Shown piece by piece: positions 51,558 through 64,000 of a DNA stretch of 64,000 bases. Every line of letters begins with the position of its first letter. Positions within the stretch are counted from its first letter, which is position 1. Under the pieces are notes generated by a model, which saw nothing but the letters and a program-made list of their open reading frames with translations, had not been told where the DNA came from and searched no databases. Source of the DNA: Botryllus schlosseri (lineage: Eukaryota); assembly GCA_051294905.1 (NCBI GenBank), contig CM119372.1:26662001-26726000 (forward strand), in the 5' to 3' direction. The position numbers were made by a program, and so were the translations under genes.

Positions 51558-53159
51558 ACCGTGCGCGACTTCCCTTTCCTTATTATTCCAAGAACTCTTA
51601 GTTCGAGACATTTGGAGTGCTCTTCGTGTTGGTGGTTGAACTTCAAACTTTGGTATCGGCATAACATTCACAGCGGCTATATATATACTACTAAACGTAC
51701 TACATATATAATCAAGCCAAATTCGAAAATGAGGACGTTTGTTTGTCAGCAAGAGTACAATCTAAATCCTTGGGTGGAAATTGTTGTATGTTACGGGTTT
51801 CGGCATAGCGTTGGGAGTAAATCAGGTACCAAACTGTAGTGTTGGGATCAAGTCGCTATCTTCGAGTCACAAGTCATCTCGAGACATTCGACATTTTGAC
51901 TTGAGTCAAGTCAAGTAATTGGATATTTGAGTGTGACTCGAGTCAAGTCAATTCACTCAATTTTTGGAGGTGAGTCGAGTCAAGTCGAGTCAATTCAAGT
52001 CTAATCAAGTCAAGTCACGAGTAAAGTCACTATAGTCAAGTCGAATTAAATTTTCAAAGTGCTAGGTATTTTTGTTGTTGATTTATGCCTGTTGGGCGAT
52101 TACAACGCAAGTGGTTTTGTTCGCCATATCCAATAATCCTTATAATATCTAGGGGTGCATTACATTACAAATTTCAAACTTAAATGTATCGCTTCGTAGC
52201 GAGAACAAATTCCACGACGTGTGGAAACATCAGCGCGACAGTCATCAAGTTCATTACGGTGGAATCGATATTCTTCCACCTAAACGTGTCCGTGATGACT
52301 CTCCTCTGGTGTCTATAATTACGATGTGTCAATAAATAATGGCTGACACTCACTTCTTGGCGGCACGTTGAACGCTTCGCTGAATCTGGAATTCTCAATT
52401 TGAACAGGTGAGCTCAGGAACGAAACAGCACTTCGTCAACCCCCACCCAAAAAACACTTTGGTCTTGGGCCCTCTATAGGGTGATAAATCTGGGGGGCTT
52501 CGTCCACACCCTTCGGCCAGTACGTTTTACCGCTACTTATAAGCGAGATTTTTGGTACTGTTTAGTGAGACACCTTTCAGCGCCTAAATCGCCAAGCCCG
52601 AAAATTTTCTAGAATTCATGATTGAATCGGTCAATATTATCGGTAATTGCATATCTGTTGCTATCAATATTTAAAACCTATCTCTGTTCACAAATTTACC
52701 GGTAGAGCTAAGTGAGGTGTCTTATAAAATGTCTATGGCCCGTAAATAATAACTAAACAGCCATTTAGGCGCCTATGTACAATTAAACATATATGTATAT
52801 ATATCGAAGTCAGCATGAGGGCAGTCCTTTTTGACCAAGGTTTTCTCGCGGCCGATCGTTCAGGCACATTTCCCGGCGTCGCATGTTACATGGCCTAAAA
52901 CTTAATATGTCTTGGTGCGTCGTGGCGCGGTAATGGCCGACGCCGAAATGCCTGCTTCTATACATCGTGCGTATTTTTTCTTTGGGGAAGGATACCCAAT
53001 AATCGGGATATTTTACCCCAATTAATCGCGCATAGCGCGAAAAGTTTCTGAAAAAGTTGCATACAGTTTCTAAGAAATACTCTATCATTTATGGTAATTC
53101 ACGAAATAATTTTGGGCCCCCTTCGAGCTCGCCTTCTCCTATATTCCCTATTTTGCTGC

Positions 53160-53500
53160 GACTTGTCCGATTGTGAATAGCGGTTGTTCCGAGAGTTCGA
53201 CGCACGTCCTCCTTAGCGAAGTAGCGATGTCACGTACGGAAGGTTTGAATGTATTCGTTTGCACACTTGTTTGGCTCGCTCCTTGTCTGGCCAATTCGTC
53301 TGTCTTTTCATTGCCGGGAATTCGATATTGGCTAGATATCGAAAGAATAGCGATCTCATATGCTGCTTCGTGTTTCGATCGTCCAGAAATACTGTGAATC
53401 GCTTGTATTGCGCTCAGACAGTTCACAAGTATGAGGATACTAGAATTGCTGTTTTCTACAGCCCATTGTAAAGCTAAGTTTATTGGTGTCAATACTGAGA
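53160..53500 (-). pseudogene. RNase H fragment of a non-LTR retrotransposon
   Basis: INLALQWAVENSNSSILILVNCLSAIQAI...IPGNEKTDELARQGA, a degenerate match to the LINE RNase H pattern DSxSAxxAI...GNExADxLAK. Confidence 0.7.
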
Positions 53501-54308
53501 AAACCATTATCGAGAATACCACAGCCGAGAATGGACACCACCGAGAATGGGCATTACCGAGGATGTACAATGCCTACAATCTAACGTGCTAAGACGGGCG
53601 ATATTGCCTTTCCTGTCAGCATTCGCTGAGAATGTGGTTTCTCAACAAAATTACTTCTGAAGACAAAGAGGAGCAGTGTTTTGAATATTCAATATGACAA
53701 GCGACTGTGTCTTTCGGCCAGCAAACCAGCGATAGCGACATTGTCAAAGCAAAAATAAGCTCAACTATCATATTACCTACATGTGTAATAATAATAAATG
53801 ATTGATTTACAGTACTATCATGTATATTGTGTGTCGTGTTTATATCATTTATCATTCTAACTACCGGTTAGTGTATAAACTAGTTTTATAATTGAGATAA
53901 CGTTTCTAATTTCTCAATGGGTTCAGAAGATAGGGGACTAAGGTAGGAAAAAGGTTGGGAACCCCTGATTTAAACTATTTGTAGTATCATTGAATGGTAT
54001 TACCGTAAATAAATTGCATTCATTGCTTAGTTACAGAGGTGGTCAAAATAGCCCAGAAAGCTACTCGAGTAGAAGTAGAAGTAGTGACGAAAAAAATCTA
54101 CTCAAGTACGAGTAGAAGTACTTCTTCCATATGCAACCCGAAACTACTTGAAGTAGAAGTAGAATTGACTGACTTTAAATCTATCCAGGTAAGTACCGTA
54201 AGTAGTTTTGCAAACAGTCTTAATTCATTCGCATGGGCTGTAAAAAGCTGCAAATTGAGCTATGCGGATAGTACGGAGAGCTTGACTGGTATTGATGTAT
54301 CCCAGGAG

Positions 54309-56776
54309 CAGGGCATGGTATGGTATGGTATGGAACGAGAATTTTCCATACTCCATACTTGCCTTACTCTCTCCATATCATACTTGCAATTTTCCATACC
54401 ATACCAACATTGTTCCATACCATACTTGATACTTATTCCATACTTTCAAATACTTTAATATCATAAGTATAGTTCCTTTTCTAGCACCTATATTATTGAT
54501 ATTTCGGATGTCATAATTGCTTAAACTAGCCATGAGGCGAATCTAATTCCTGGCACTAGTTTTACAGAGTCTGTTTTGGTGAGGTTTAGTTCACGGTGGT
54601 GAGGTGCCGTGTACGTCTACTCTACAGCTTCCGCGAGCAAAATGAGATAGTCAGCAGATTGTTATCTAGGAACGTCCATAAAATGGAATGGTGACATACG
54701 GCCCGCGACGAGATTTTGTCCGGCCCGCGGACAGTTTCCCGTCTTACATGATAATGTGGCCCGAGGCTCCAGTTTGCCGAGACTCCCAACTCCTTGCCTA
54801 AACGTCAAATTTTAGATATTGTATGCTATTATACAGGTGTGCGCACTGCGCAACGTGCGAGAGTGGAGCTTACGCGTAAGTTCATCGCAGCGAGAAGACT
54901 TGCATTATCGGCACTTACGATGTACTCAACCCTAATGAATTGATATCTTGGTAAATTTTGGGCACCGGGCTCATCATACGCTTTGAAATCATAATTAAGG
55001 ATTGCACCGTGAGTTAGTTGATCAGAGAAAAGCAGACATGGCGGCGCCTGTATGACAATGCTGTTCTCAAATCCACATTGTATTGTCATTATCGGCGAGA
55101 AATGGTTTGAAGTCACATTGCTGTCGATAAAATACATTCATTTATACGATTTATTCCTTGTATATATGCGCGAATAATGTATCCATTCAGCAATCCGACC
55201 CGCCAAGTACCTAATTTTCCTATATCCGCCCCACCGACTGGAGAAGTTGCCCGCCCCTGCTCCATAAGAATACCATCGGATTTCCGGTACATTGGCATAA
55301 GACACATGCAAGTTTGAAGTAAATACTCGCAAAATAATTCATAATATAGGCACACCCATAAAATATCCCAGCTACAGGCGGTCAATACTGCAACGATCTG
55401 CGTGATTATTAGTACAGTATTTGGTTCGGGTTAGCGTGGCGAGAATTTCAAACTATGTCTACCCCACTCCCTGATCTATATTCCTAATGCGAGAGCTTTT
55501 GAAATATGACCAATAGGATATCTCGGTATGTAAATAGTATAAATGTGAGGATAATGTTTCAGAAGAAATGTAATTATCAATCACATTGAGCAATTAGTAC
55601 GTTGCATCATGATTGCTTGTAAGCTGTCGTCACTCAAGGAATGTGGTAGTTGGAGTTGCCTACATTACCAATTATTGCGTCACTTGATAGACTATGCTCG
55701 GAGGCGTCGTGTCTAGAATTTCGGATCAACATTACTGTTGTCATTATTACATCACAAAATCATGTCATTCCAAGTGCTCCTAAAACCGTTGCACAATAGG
55801 GCTCTTCAAAAATGACTTTTTTTCTCAAATCGTACTGGCTACTTGATAAAATTGTTAGGTTACCTAATTTAAGCCTACACACAAAATCTGGTTCAATTCC
55901 AGCCAATAACCGCTTTGCTACAGGAGAAGAAAGTTTCTATTTATTATATAAAAATAAATGATACAAAAATTTGAAAATTTTCTGTTCACCCCATGGAAGT
56001 GTTAGGCTGTCTATAGAAACGATGCTCACCAAATTTGGTACAATTCCAACCAGTGGAAGCGGAGTTATTGCCGTCGAAAAATTTGGATTTTAATAAAATA
56101 GTATTTACGGTGACCGATTCTTTGTTTATTTATTATAGTTGTGCTCACCGTAAATACTATTTTTTCCAAATCAAAATTTTTCGACGGCAATAACTCCGCT
56201 TCCACTGGTTGAAATTGAACCAAATTTGGTGAACACCGTTGCTATAGACAGCCTAACACTTTAATGGGGTGAACAGAAAATTTTCAAATTTTTATATTTT
56301 TATATAATAAATAGAAACTTTCGTCTCCTGTAACAAAGCGGTTAATGGCTGGAATTGAACCAAATTTTGTGTGTAGGCTTAAATTAGGTAACCTAACAAT
56401 TTTATCAAGTAGCCAGTACGATTTGAGAAAAAAAGTCATTTTTGAAGAGCCCTATTGCACAAGCGTGTATTTGTATCTACACAGCGTCCAATAAATAGTT
56501 CACGATCACTCATAACAAACGCGATCGTATTCCGTGAACAGCGATCAACGTACGCTTCATGAAGCTTGCACAAATCACGATAAAATGTATAAAACATCAA
56601 AGTATGGAAGTATGGAAATGTCATTCCATACCATAGATTAAAATCTTCCATTCCATACCACACTTGCATTGTTCCATATTCCATACCAAAATATCGATCC
56701 ATACCAAACCATACTTCCATACCATACCATACCATACCATACCATACCATACCATACCATACCATACCATGCCCTG
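54309..56776. mobile_element. hAT-type element with (CCATA)n subterminal repeats, nested in 54034-57777
   Basis: TIR CAGGGCATGGTATGG; perfect TSD CCCAGGAG; pure (CCATA)n run at about 56718-56770. Confidence 0.9.
55797..56454. mobile_element. Fully palindromic 658-bp MITE (TAGGGCT family)
   Basis: Ends TAGGGCTCTTCAAAAATGAC; arms complementary to a centre near 56125; perfect TSD TTGCACAA. Confidence 0.92.
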
Positions 56777-57905
56777 CCCAGGAGGTATCAATTTTCGACA
56801 GAATAAGCATTCTTTCGCATCATGAGAAGCAAATTATAGTATTGATATGGAAATTTTTAACCCTTTGTTTACTTGAAGACCCCGTATTTGAGAATATCAT
56901 GGCATGGCGCCCTATACTCGATATTATAAGGCCCCAAGTTTCGGCTAAGAGCAATACGGATAAATTATATCGGATGCGGTTTCAACACTTTTCGCGATTA
57001 GTATACGTTAATGACAAATATTGAGAATTGTAAAATTTGTATTTGATGTAGCTTTATTTTCGGAAAATAGAGGCATTACTACACTTTCTATTATGCTTCA
57101 ACATGTATGTTCTGCAGACAAAAGAACTGAAAGTAATTAGAACTCAAAGTATAATACTTGAAGTTGAAAGTGAAATACAAATACCACTTCTAAAAAGCGG
57201 AAAATATATTTCATGTCTTTTGTCCATAAAGCTTCAAAGCTGATCTGCTAAAACAGGTGTAACGTTAAAAAATGCCGGATTTTCCGAATTAACAAGATAC
57301 GTCATGGACTGCTAGATTACGATATGATATGTAGATTGCTAAATAGTAGTTTCAAACGTTATGGTGGGCCGTATTTACTGTGATGAAGTATTTGATATGG
57401 GCGACAATACGGCGTGAGCGGAACCAAGCAATCCGGTACCTAAATTATATTTACTGATAGTTTCGTGAAACCATATTTGTCACTCCATAACTTGCAAAGC
57501 GCAACAAAACTTCCGGGCTTTACTTGGCTTTTATGAATATTAAATGTTGGTACTCCGCGAAAACAGCCCCGGAATTCCCCAGGCTAACTTTCGTGTTGGG
57601 GTATTAAACTACTTCTACTTGACAAACTGAAAATGTCGAAAAGTAAGTGAGTAGATCAGAAAATTTTACGCAGTAGAAGTAGAGAAAATCAGATCTACTT
57701 GACTAAGTACCAGAAAGAGAGGAAAACTACTTGAGTACTTCCAAAAAGTAGAAGTAATTCGTCACTGACTACCTCTGGTTAGTTATTATAAATAGTAGGG
57801 ATGGTGCGAACCCCTGAAAGGTTCAGGTTCGTGTGAACGCGTGACGTTACATTGCTTATTCCAACCCCACGTTTCAGTGAAGTGATATATTAATGTACAC
57901 ACCAT

Positions 57906-58350
57906 CAGACATGGGGTGATTACTTCCTGAATGCAATCGATTGCGATTACGATTACTTCTTAATCACGTGATTACGATTACAGCAAAATCTGGAAGTAGT
58001 CGATTACGATTACGATTGCATTGGAAAAGTAATCATGATTACTCACGATTACTCATGACGACATTTATTTTGCTTATTAGAATTTATCTTTGAAGACATA
58101 ATCGAAGACAATATAAGGATAGTGATGAGAAAACCTCATGATAGAACAAAAATAAATTTTAATCTTACGTCATTTGCGTGTTACGTCACAATATAAGCAT
58201 TGCTCAACTTTGTAGCTGGCGATTATCGCACCTAACGATCCTTGCCGAAACTTTCTGTCAAATTATATGTATTGCCCACAGCCGCACTCAATTGGTGTGA
58301 GGAATATAGTCCTGTCTTGCCATCAGAGGAAATGATGCGCATGTGAGGAA
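57906..58350. mobile_element. Truncated CAGACATGGGG-family element, opposite orientation
   Basis: Reverse complement of about 40400-40787. Confidence 0.75.
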
Positions 58351-58798
58351 ATGACAAAAAGTAGAATCGAATTACTGGATAATCATTATTTGCAACATTG
58401 CTATTGCATTTACAATTCGATCATTTTACACGCTTACGGTCTTATTATGGACATGGACATATATAAATGTGATTTTCGTCATTACATCATGTTTCAATCA
58501 TCAAGCAAATTGCGACATCGATGGCCGTGCTGAATGCTAATCAGGGAATAATATCGGAACATTTGGGCATTGTAGATACCATCGTTTATATCGCTTTATA
58601 AATAGTATCCTTGGAGACATCAAGGTCTAGCAACGGTAGCAAGCCAAGCAAATTTGGTATCTTATGTAGTTTAACTGCGGGTATGAACTTTTGTGTAATC
58701 ATCTGCTGCGCCAGTTTTGCCACCATTTGCCGGCATGATCCCTTCCCAAATCCCATTGCGACGAGGGTAGTATACGCTCTTTACCTTTTTCCTGCGAA

Positions 58799-61700
58799 CA
58801 GTGGTGGCCCTAGGATTGGGGGGGCCCTGGGCGAAACTTCCAGGGGGGCCCCATATATCTATAAACGTAGCTTCTGGGGGGCTCCGCCCCCCAGACCCCC
58901 CTCCCCTCTCCGTACAACTATTATATTTGCGTGTCTACAGATTCCATGATACTATGTGGGATGTGCTGTGTCATTCGAGTTCAAGATGTGATTCTCATGC
59001 GTGAAAGTAATCACAAATACAGTGGCAATGGAAACTAAAAAAGAAAAAGTTCATACTTTTTCAAGGAAACGATGGCAGGATTCCAATGACTCGAGTCATG
59101 ATATTTTGGTGACTCGTCTTGGCTCAGATCAAAATATAAAAGTAGAATTGATATTTGACTCGGTTACAACCCTGAATGAGGACCAAGAGCTTATCGATCA
59201 CTAAGGTGACCAAACAATGAAGTTTATAGAACGCATCCATAGAATTGAAACTTCCAATGAATGAAGAAAATGCTGTGACCGGACAATTGAATTGATGCAT
59301 TTAGTTCTTCAAAAAAGTAGAAATCAAAATGATGATAGCAAATATGACACCAAAAGTAAAAAAGAACAACTAAATGGAAACTATCATACGGGTACAAAAT
59401 GATATTGGCTTGGTGTAAACTTACCAAAGCAGTCGAGACATTATGATTCATGAATACTCAAAACAACAACAACAACAACAATGACTTCCCTTCTTTGACA
59501 AGATAACTCAACCAAGAGGAGTTTATGGTCATCCAGAATTATTACCGGATCACGCAACAAGGATTAACTCATGGACTATATTTGTACAGTGAAAGAAAAA
59601 TGATTTATTCCTAACAGCTAACACAGCAAAAGTACCTACAGAAAAGAACAAATACCGGTATATTACAAATCACCACTTGTCCCAGAAGTTACCTAACCAA
59701 GACAGCTGCATGTTTATGGTAAATTTTACTATGAATGCTTGCAATGGTACCGGTCATAAAACAGCTTAGCCAGACAACCTCGTCTAAACGCCTAAAGATA
59801 GAATAGAAGAAGCTCTTGAACCTGACAATAAAATGAGGTAAGGGGTCAGAACTAGGCTCATAATAATTTTCAAAATCAAGTCATACACAGCGTCAAATTC
59901 AAATTTTGTTGGTGCAACACTGTCAACACGAAAATCTCGAACGCTATTTTTAAGAGGAACTAAACATTCAAATCGACTACTTCTTCCTACAACATACATT
60001 GCTGTCACAACTTAAAAATTATATATTCAATAAAAACTCATTTTTCAGCATTCTTATATTAGCTTCCATACGATGACTAGTGATGAAAATTTTCAAGTTG
60101 ACAGAAATGAGATGGATAGCCTACTCCAATGATTTTCATTAGCAATGACTTTAAACTTGAGTGCCGTACACAAAAAAGGTAAATTGTAACCTGAATGATA
60201 GATCAACTTCTACAAGATAGCTCATGTACAGACCTACCAAAAATTCTATCAATTTTATGATTGAATGAGCCGGAAAAGCTTGTTTTTTATCATGCGCTGG
60301 CTTGAAAAGCTGGATATTTAATTTATAAACTTGAAATTGTGATGTAGGCTACTCGGATATATTTCAAAATCACTTGATCCAAATTTCTGTCAAATCTAAA
60401 AACTGTAATTAACCATCAATTTGTTTTAGGGCAACTGACATGGAGTTAGCCTATTACTGAAAATGAATGAGATGCACCAGTCACTGAAAATATATACTTC
60501 CTGTATACACTGTAGTAGTTTCTTGTCAATGTTATTGTAATTTTAAAGTACTGAGAAAGAGGTGTTGAATATTATTCAAAAATATCATGGAAGTGATAAT
60601 CATTCACGAAAATTTTTTACGTTAGCTGATGCGATCGCGTCTCTCACACAAATCACCAATTTGATGATCGACAGCCGTTTACGGTACCATATTTTACATG
60701 GGTACATATATTTTCACGGTTATTCGCAAAATGATAACCAAAAATTGCGTAAATGTAGGAGGGGCATCCCGCATAAATCGAAGTAAGCTCGCATGCACAA
60801 CGCGTGCAGAAATTTAATGATCGACAACTGTTTACAGTACCATATTCTATATGGGTAGGCCTGCATATATTTTCAGTCATTTCCAGAATGATAACCAAAA
60901 ATCGCGTAAATGTAAGAGACCCCCTTATAAAATCAAAGTAAGCTTGCACGCAGAACGCGTGCAAAAATTTAATTATCGACAACTGTTTACGGTACCATAA
61001 TCAACATGGGTTGGCCTGCATGTATTTTCAGTTATTTGCAAAATGATAACCAAAAATGGCGTAAATGTAGAAGCCACCCCTTATAAAATCAAAGTAGCCT
61101 AAGCTCTTTTACCGCGCACAGAAATTTGATGATCGAGAACTGTTTACGGTACGATATTCTACATGGGTAGGCCTGCATGTATTTTCACAATTATTCACAA
61201 AATGATAACCAAAAATCGCATAAATGTAGGAGGGCCTTCCCTCATAAAATCAAAGTAAGCTCTTTTACTGCGCGCAGAAATTTGATGATCGACAACTGTT
61301 TACGGTACCATATTTTACATGGGTACATAAATTTTCACGGTTATTCGCAAAATTATAACAAAAAATCGCATAAATGTAGAAATGCCTTCCCTCATAAAAT
61401 CAAAGTAAGCTCTTTTACCGTGGGCAGAAATTTGATGATCGACAACTGTTTACGGTAACATATTTTACATGGGTACATATATTTTCACGGTTATTCGCAA
61501 AATTATAACCAAAAATTACGTAAATGTAGGAGGGGCCCCCCTCATAAATCGAAGTAAGCTCTTTTACCGCGTGCAGAAATTTAATTATCGACAACTGTTT
61601 ACAGTACCATATTCAACATGGGTTGGCCTGCATGTATTTTCAGTTATTTGCAAAATGATAACCAAAAATCGCGTAAATGTAGAAGCCCCCCCTTATAAAA

Positions 61701-62236
61701 TCAAAGTAAGCTCTTTTACCGCACACAGAAATTTGATGATCGAGAACTGTTTACGGTACGATATTCTACATGGGTAGGCCTGCATGTATTTTCACGGTTA
61801 TTCGCAAAATGATAACCAAAAATCGCATAAATCTAGGACGGCCTTCCCTCATAAAATCAAAGTAAGCTCTTTTAACGCGCGCAGAAATTTGATGATCGAC
61901 AACTGTTTACGGGACCATATTCTACATGGGTGCATGGATTTTCACGGTTATTCGAAAAATGATAACTAAAAAAATCAGAATTATGATTGACCCCTTTTTA
62001 CAGTACTGTACCGTATTTTTCAGGGATACGAGGATTTCCACGATTATTCAGGAAATATTAATAGTTGAAAAAAAGCGCATAAACCGGACAAATAGTTGGT
62101 AAAAAGCGCGTAAACCGGAGAAATAGTTGGGAAAAAGCGCGTAAACCGAGGAGGGGGGGCCCCTCGAAAGCGCGTAAATCAACCAGGGGGGGCCCTGGGC
62201 GACCGCCCACCTCGCCCACCCCAAAAGCCACCACTG
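58799..62236. mobile_element. hAT-type non-autonomous element carrying an internal tandem array
   Basis: TIR CAGTGGTGGC / GCCACCACTG; gggccc subterminal motifs; perfect TSD CCTGCGAA. Confidence 0.9.
60640..61970. repeat. ~150-157-bp tandem array, about 9 units
   Basis: Recurring aatttgatgatcgacaactgtttacggtaccatatt...aaagtaagctc unit. Confidence 0.9.
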
Positions 62237-64000
62237 CCTGCGAATGAATTCGTAGTTGCTCGAACGAACAATACATAGTGACATCATACATATGCCAGAC
62301 ATAGCGCCGTCAAACGTCAGACATATCTGAGCCCGAGCACGTGCGGCTGAATGTTCCGTGATAGATATTATGGCGATGCGATGTTTTCGTATTGGATAAT
62401 AACAAGCTGCGTTTCTGTAAGATATTGAGGGTTTCGAAGCCACAGCTTAACTTCAGCTTTAGAATATTGCAGGTTTTGATAGCAGATATTGTAGGTATAG
62501 CAGTATCCGAGCTCAAACCTTGGCAAGTTATTCTCAATCCTGTTTCTGAAGACGTGTGTATTTTCGTTGCAGTTTAATGTTGAACATAAGCTATGGCCTA
62601 TAAGAACGTATTACATTTTCTGACATTGAACTACACGAAAATGGAAGCGTTGTGGCATTATGAATCATGACGTCGAATGCTTAGGCCTATGTGATAGAAA
62701 GGGATCATTTCGCCTCTTGCTTCTAACACGATGACGTGCGAAATACATTGGAAGTGCGATGCAAAGGCATATTACCAGAAAAGTTTGCAATCACGCTGCA
62801 AAAGACGATTCAGGTACGAAGTCCTAGTAGTCCTGTAGAATTTGGTCTAAAAATGGGTCAACCTAGAAAAAATTCTTATGAAGACGTTTTACATACCGTT
62901 GGAAAGATAATTTTACCAGCTTTTCAATGATAGGTTTTGTCACTTTTTTTACCTAGGGGAAAAATAATTATGACCAAAAACGTGCCAAAGGGTAAAAATT
63001 CAAATTAGGGAAAATATTAACATAAAAATATGAACAAAAGACTATAAACTAATGAATTATCAACAGAAAAGCAGGATATAGATGCAAAAGGAATATATGA
63101 AAATTAAAATAGAATTATGTATATGTTTCAGGGAGTAAGAGTGAGCAAGACAGGGGGGCGCAAGTAGAGCTATCGTTGTTCGTTATAACTTCATTATGTT
63201 ATTGTTTACTTACTATGGTCTGTTTCATTTACCTTGCTTGTTTTTTCAAGATAGTGCTTAGTCAAAAAGAAACAGGAATTTGTGTTAAGTGTAGAAACGG
63301 CTATCGGACTGGTGATTCACTGTGTCATTCGGGAGCTTATTTCTTAGTGATAATACCACACACCCTTTAAACTCGTGTTGCATTTAAAACAACAATCAAT
63401 TAAAAACAAACTTGTTTAAAACAAGGCCCTAATTTAAAACATGTTTTTATTGTTTTTTGTTTTTAAGCCATGACATCATGAATATTCAATTGTGACGTCA
63501 TAATGGATTGAAATTGACCATCGAAATTATAGGGTAAATGTAGCCCCTTTGACAAAATATCTGTACTACAACTGTTGAACCGACTATTTTGATGGTTCCA
63601 CTTCCAACCATCCCATAACGATATACGTCGGCTAACTTTGGTAGTAATTAACCGTGTGCTCATACAACATGTTTTTGGAAAGTATTTACTGTAACGATAG
63701 CATACCATCGTTGTTTAGAAGTACCAAGCCACGCGTGTGATCCTGATGTAAGCCATGCTCTTGGTCTGCCGTGTTTCTTATTTAATTGGCATATTTAGTA
63801 ATTGTTTACCTTTTTACAGGCATAATTAGTAATTAAGATCAATGATGTTAGTGTAGGATTGTTGCCGGAATAAATTGGTAAGATTTGCATTGTTAGATAG
63901 GACGCAGTAAGCTAGTATTGATTCTGTTTTTGTGTAACTTTTAGTTCACCGTATCACTTCCGTATTTCCACTGCAAAAAGAAGATTCATGCGCCTTGGCT

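Larger units (their letters stand above)
54034..57777. mobile_element. hAT-type element (CAGAGGT family, agaagt subterminal repeats)
   Basis: CAGAGGTGGTCA...TGACTACCTCTG; TSD cttagtta/gttagtta (7/8). A fragment of the family lies at about 12548-12925. Confidence 0.85.

Noticed and set aside
60562..61969. Repetitive ORFs of 60-110 aa
   Set aside because: Products of the ~153-bp tandem array, with frames shifting between units.

Overview
Eukaryotic, intron-containing, AT-rich animal DNA (probably an invertebrate; species not determinable from the sequence) made mostly of transposable elements. One apparently intact host gene: a 4-exon, 121-aa Ly6/three-finger-like protein with a predicted signal peptide and GPI-type tail (41572-51557, +), not reported as a whole by the ORF track. 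There is also a possible first coding exon of a type II membrane protein at 182-363 (-). Positions 4232-37603 form one ~33-kb, five-level nest of transposons. A hAT element is split by a 32.7-kb CACTG/TA-flanked element. That element holds a 17-kb foldback element (Ulp1-protease relic; one TIR expanded into a 176-bp satellite) and a second CACTG-family copy with a SAMD3-like pseudogene. Many hAT-type elements with 8-bp TSDs, two fully palindromic MITEs, Penelope fragments (one with an intact minimal hammerhead core), LINE and SINE relics are also present. Comparing paralogous repeat copies shows TA->TAGCCTA/TAGGCCTA micro-insertions that look like excision footprints of a transposon family not otherwise seen here. 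Family assignments come from motif recognition by eye; no searches were run.
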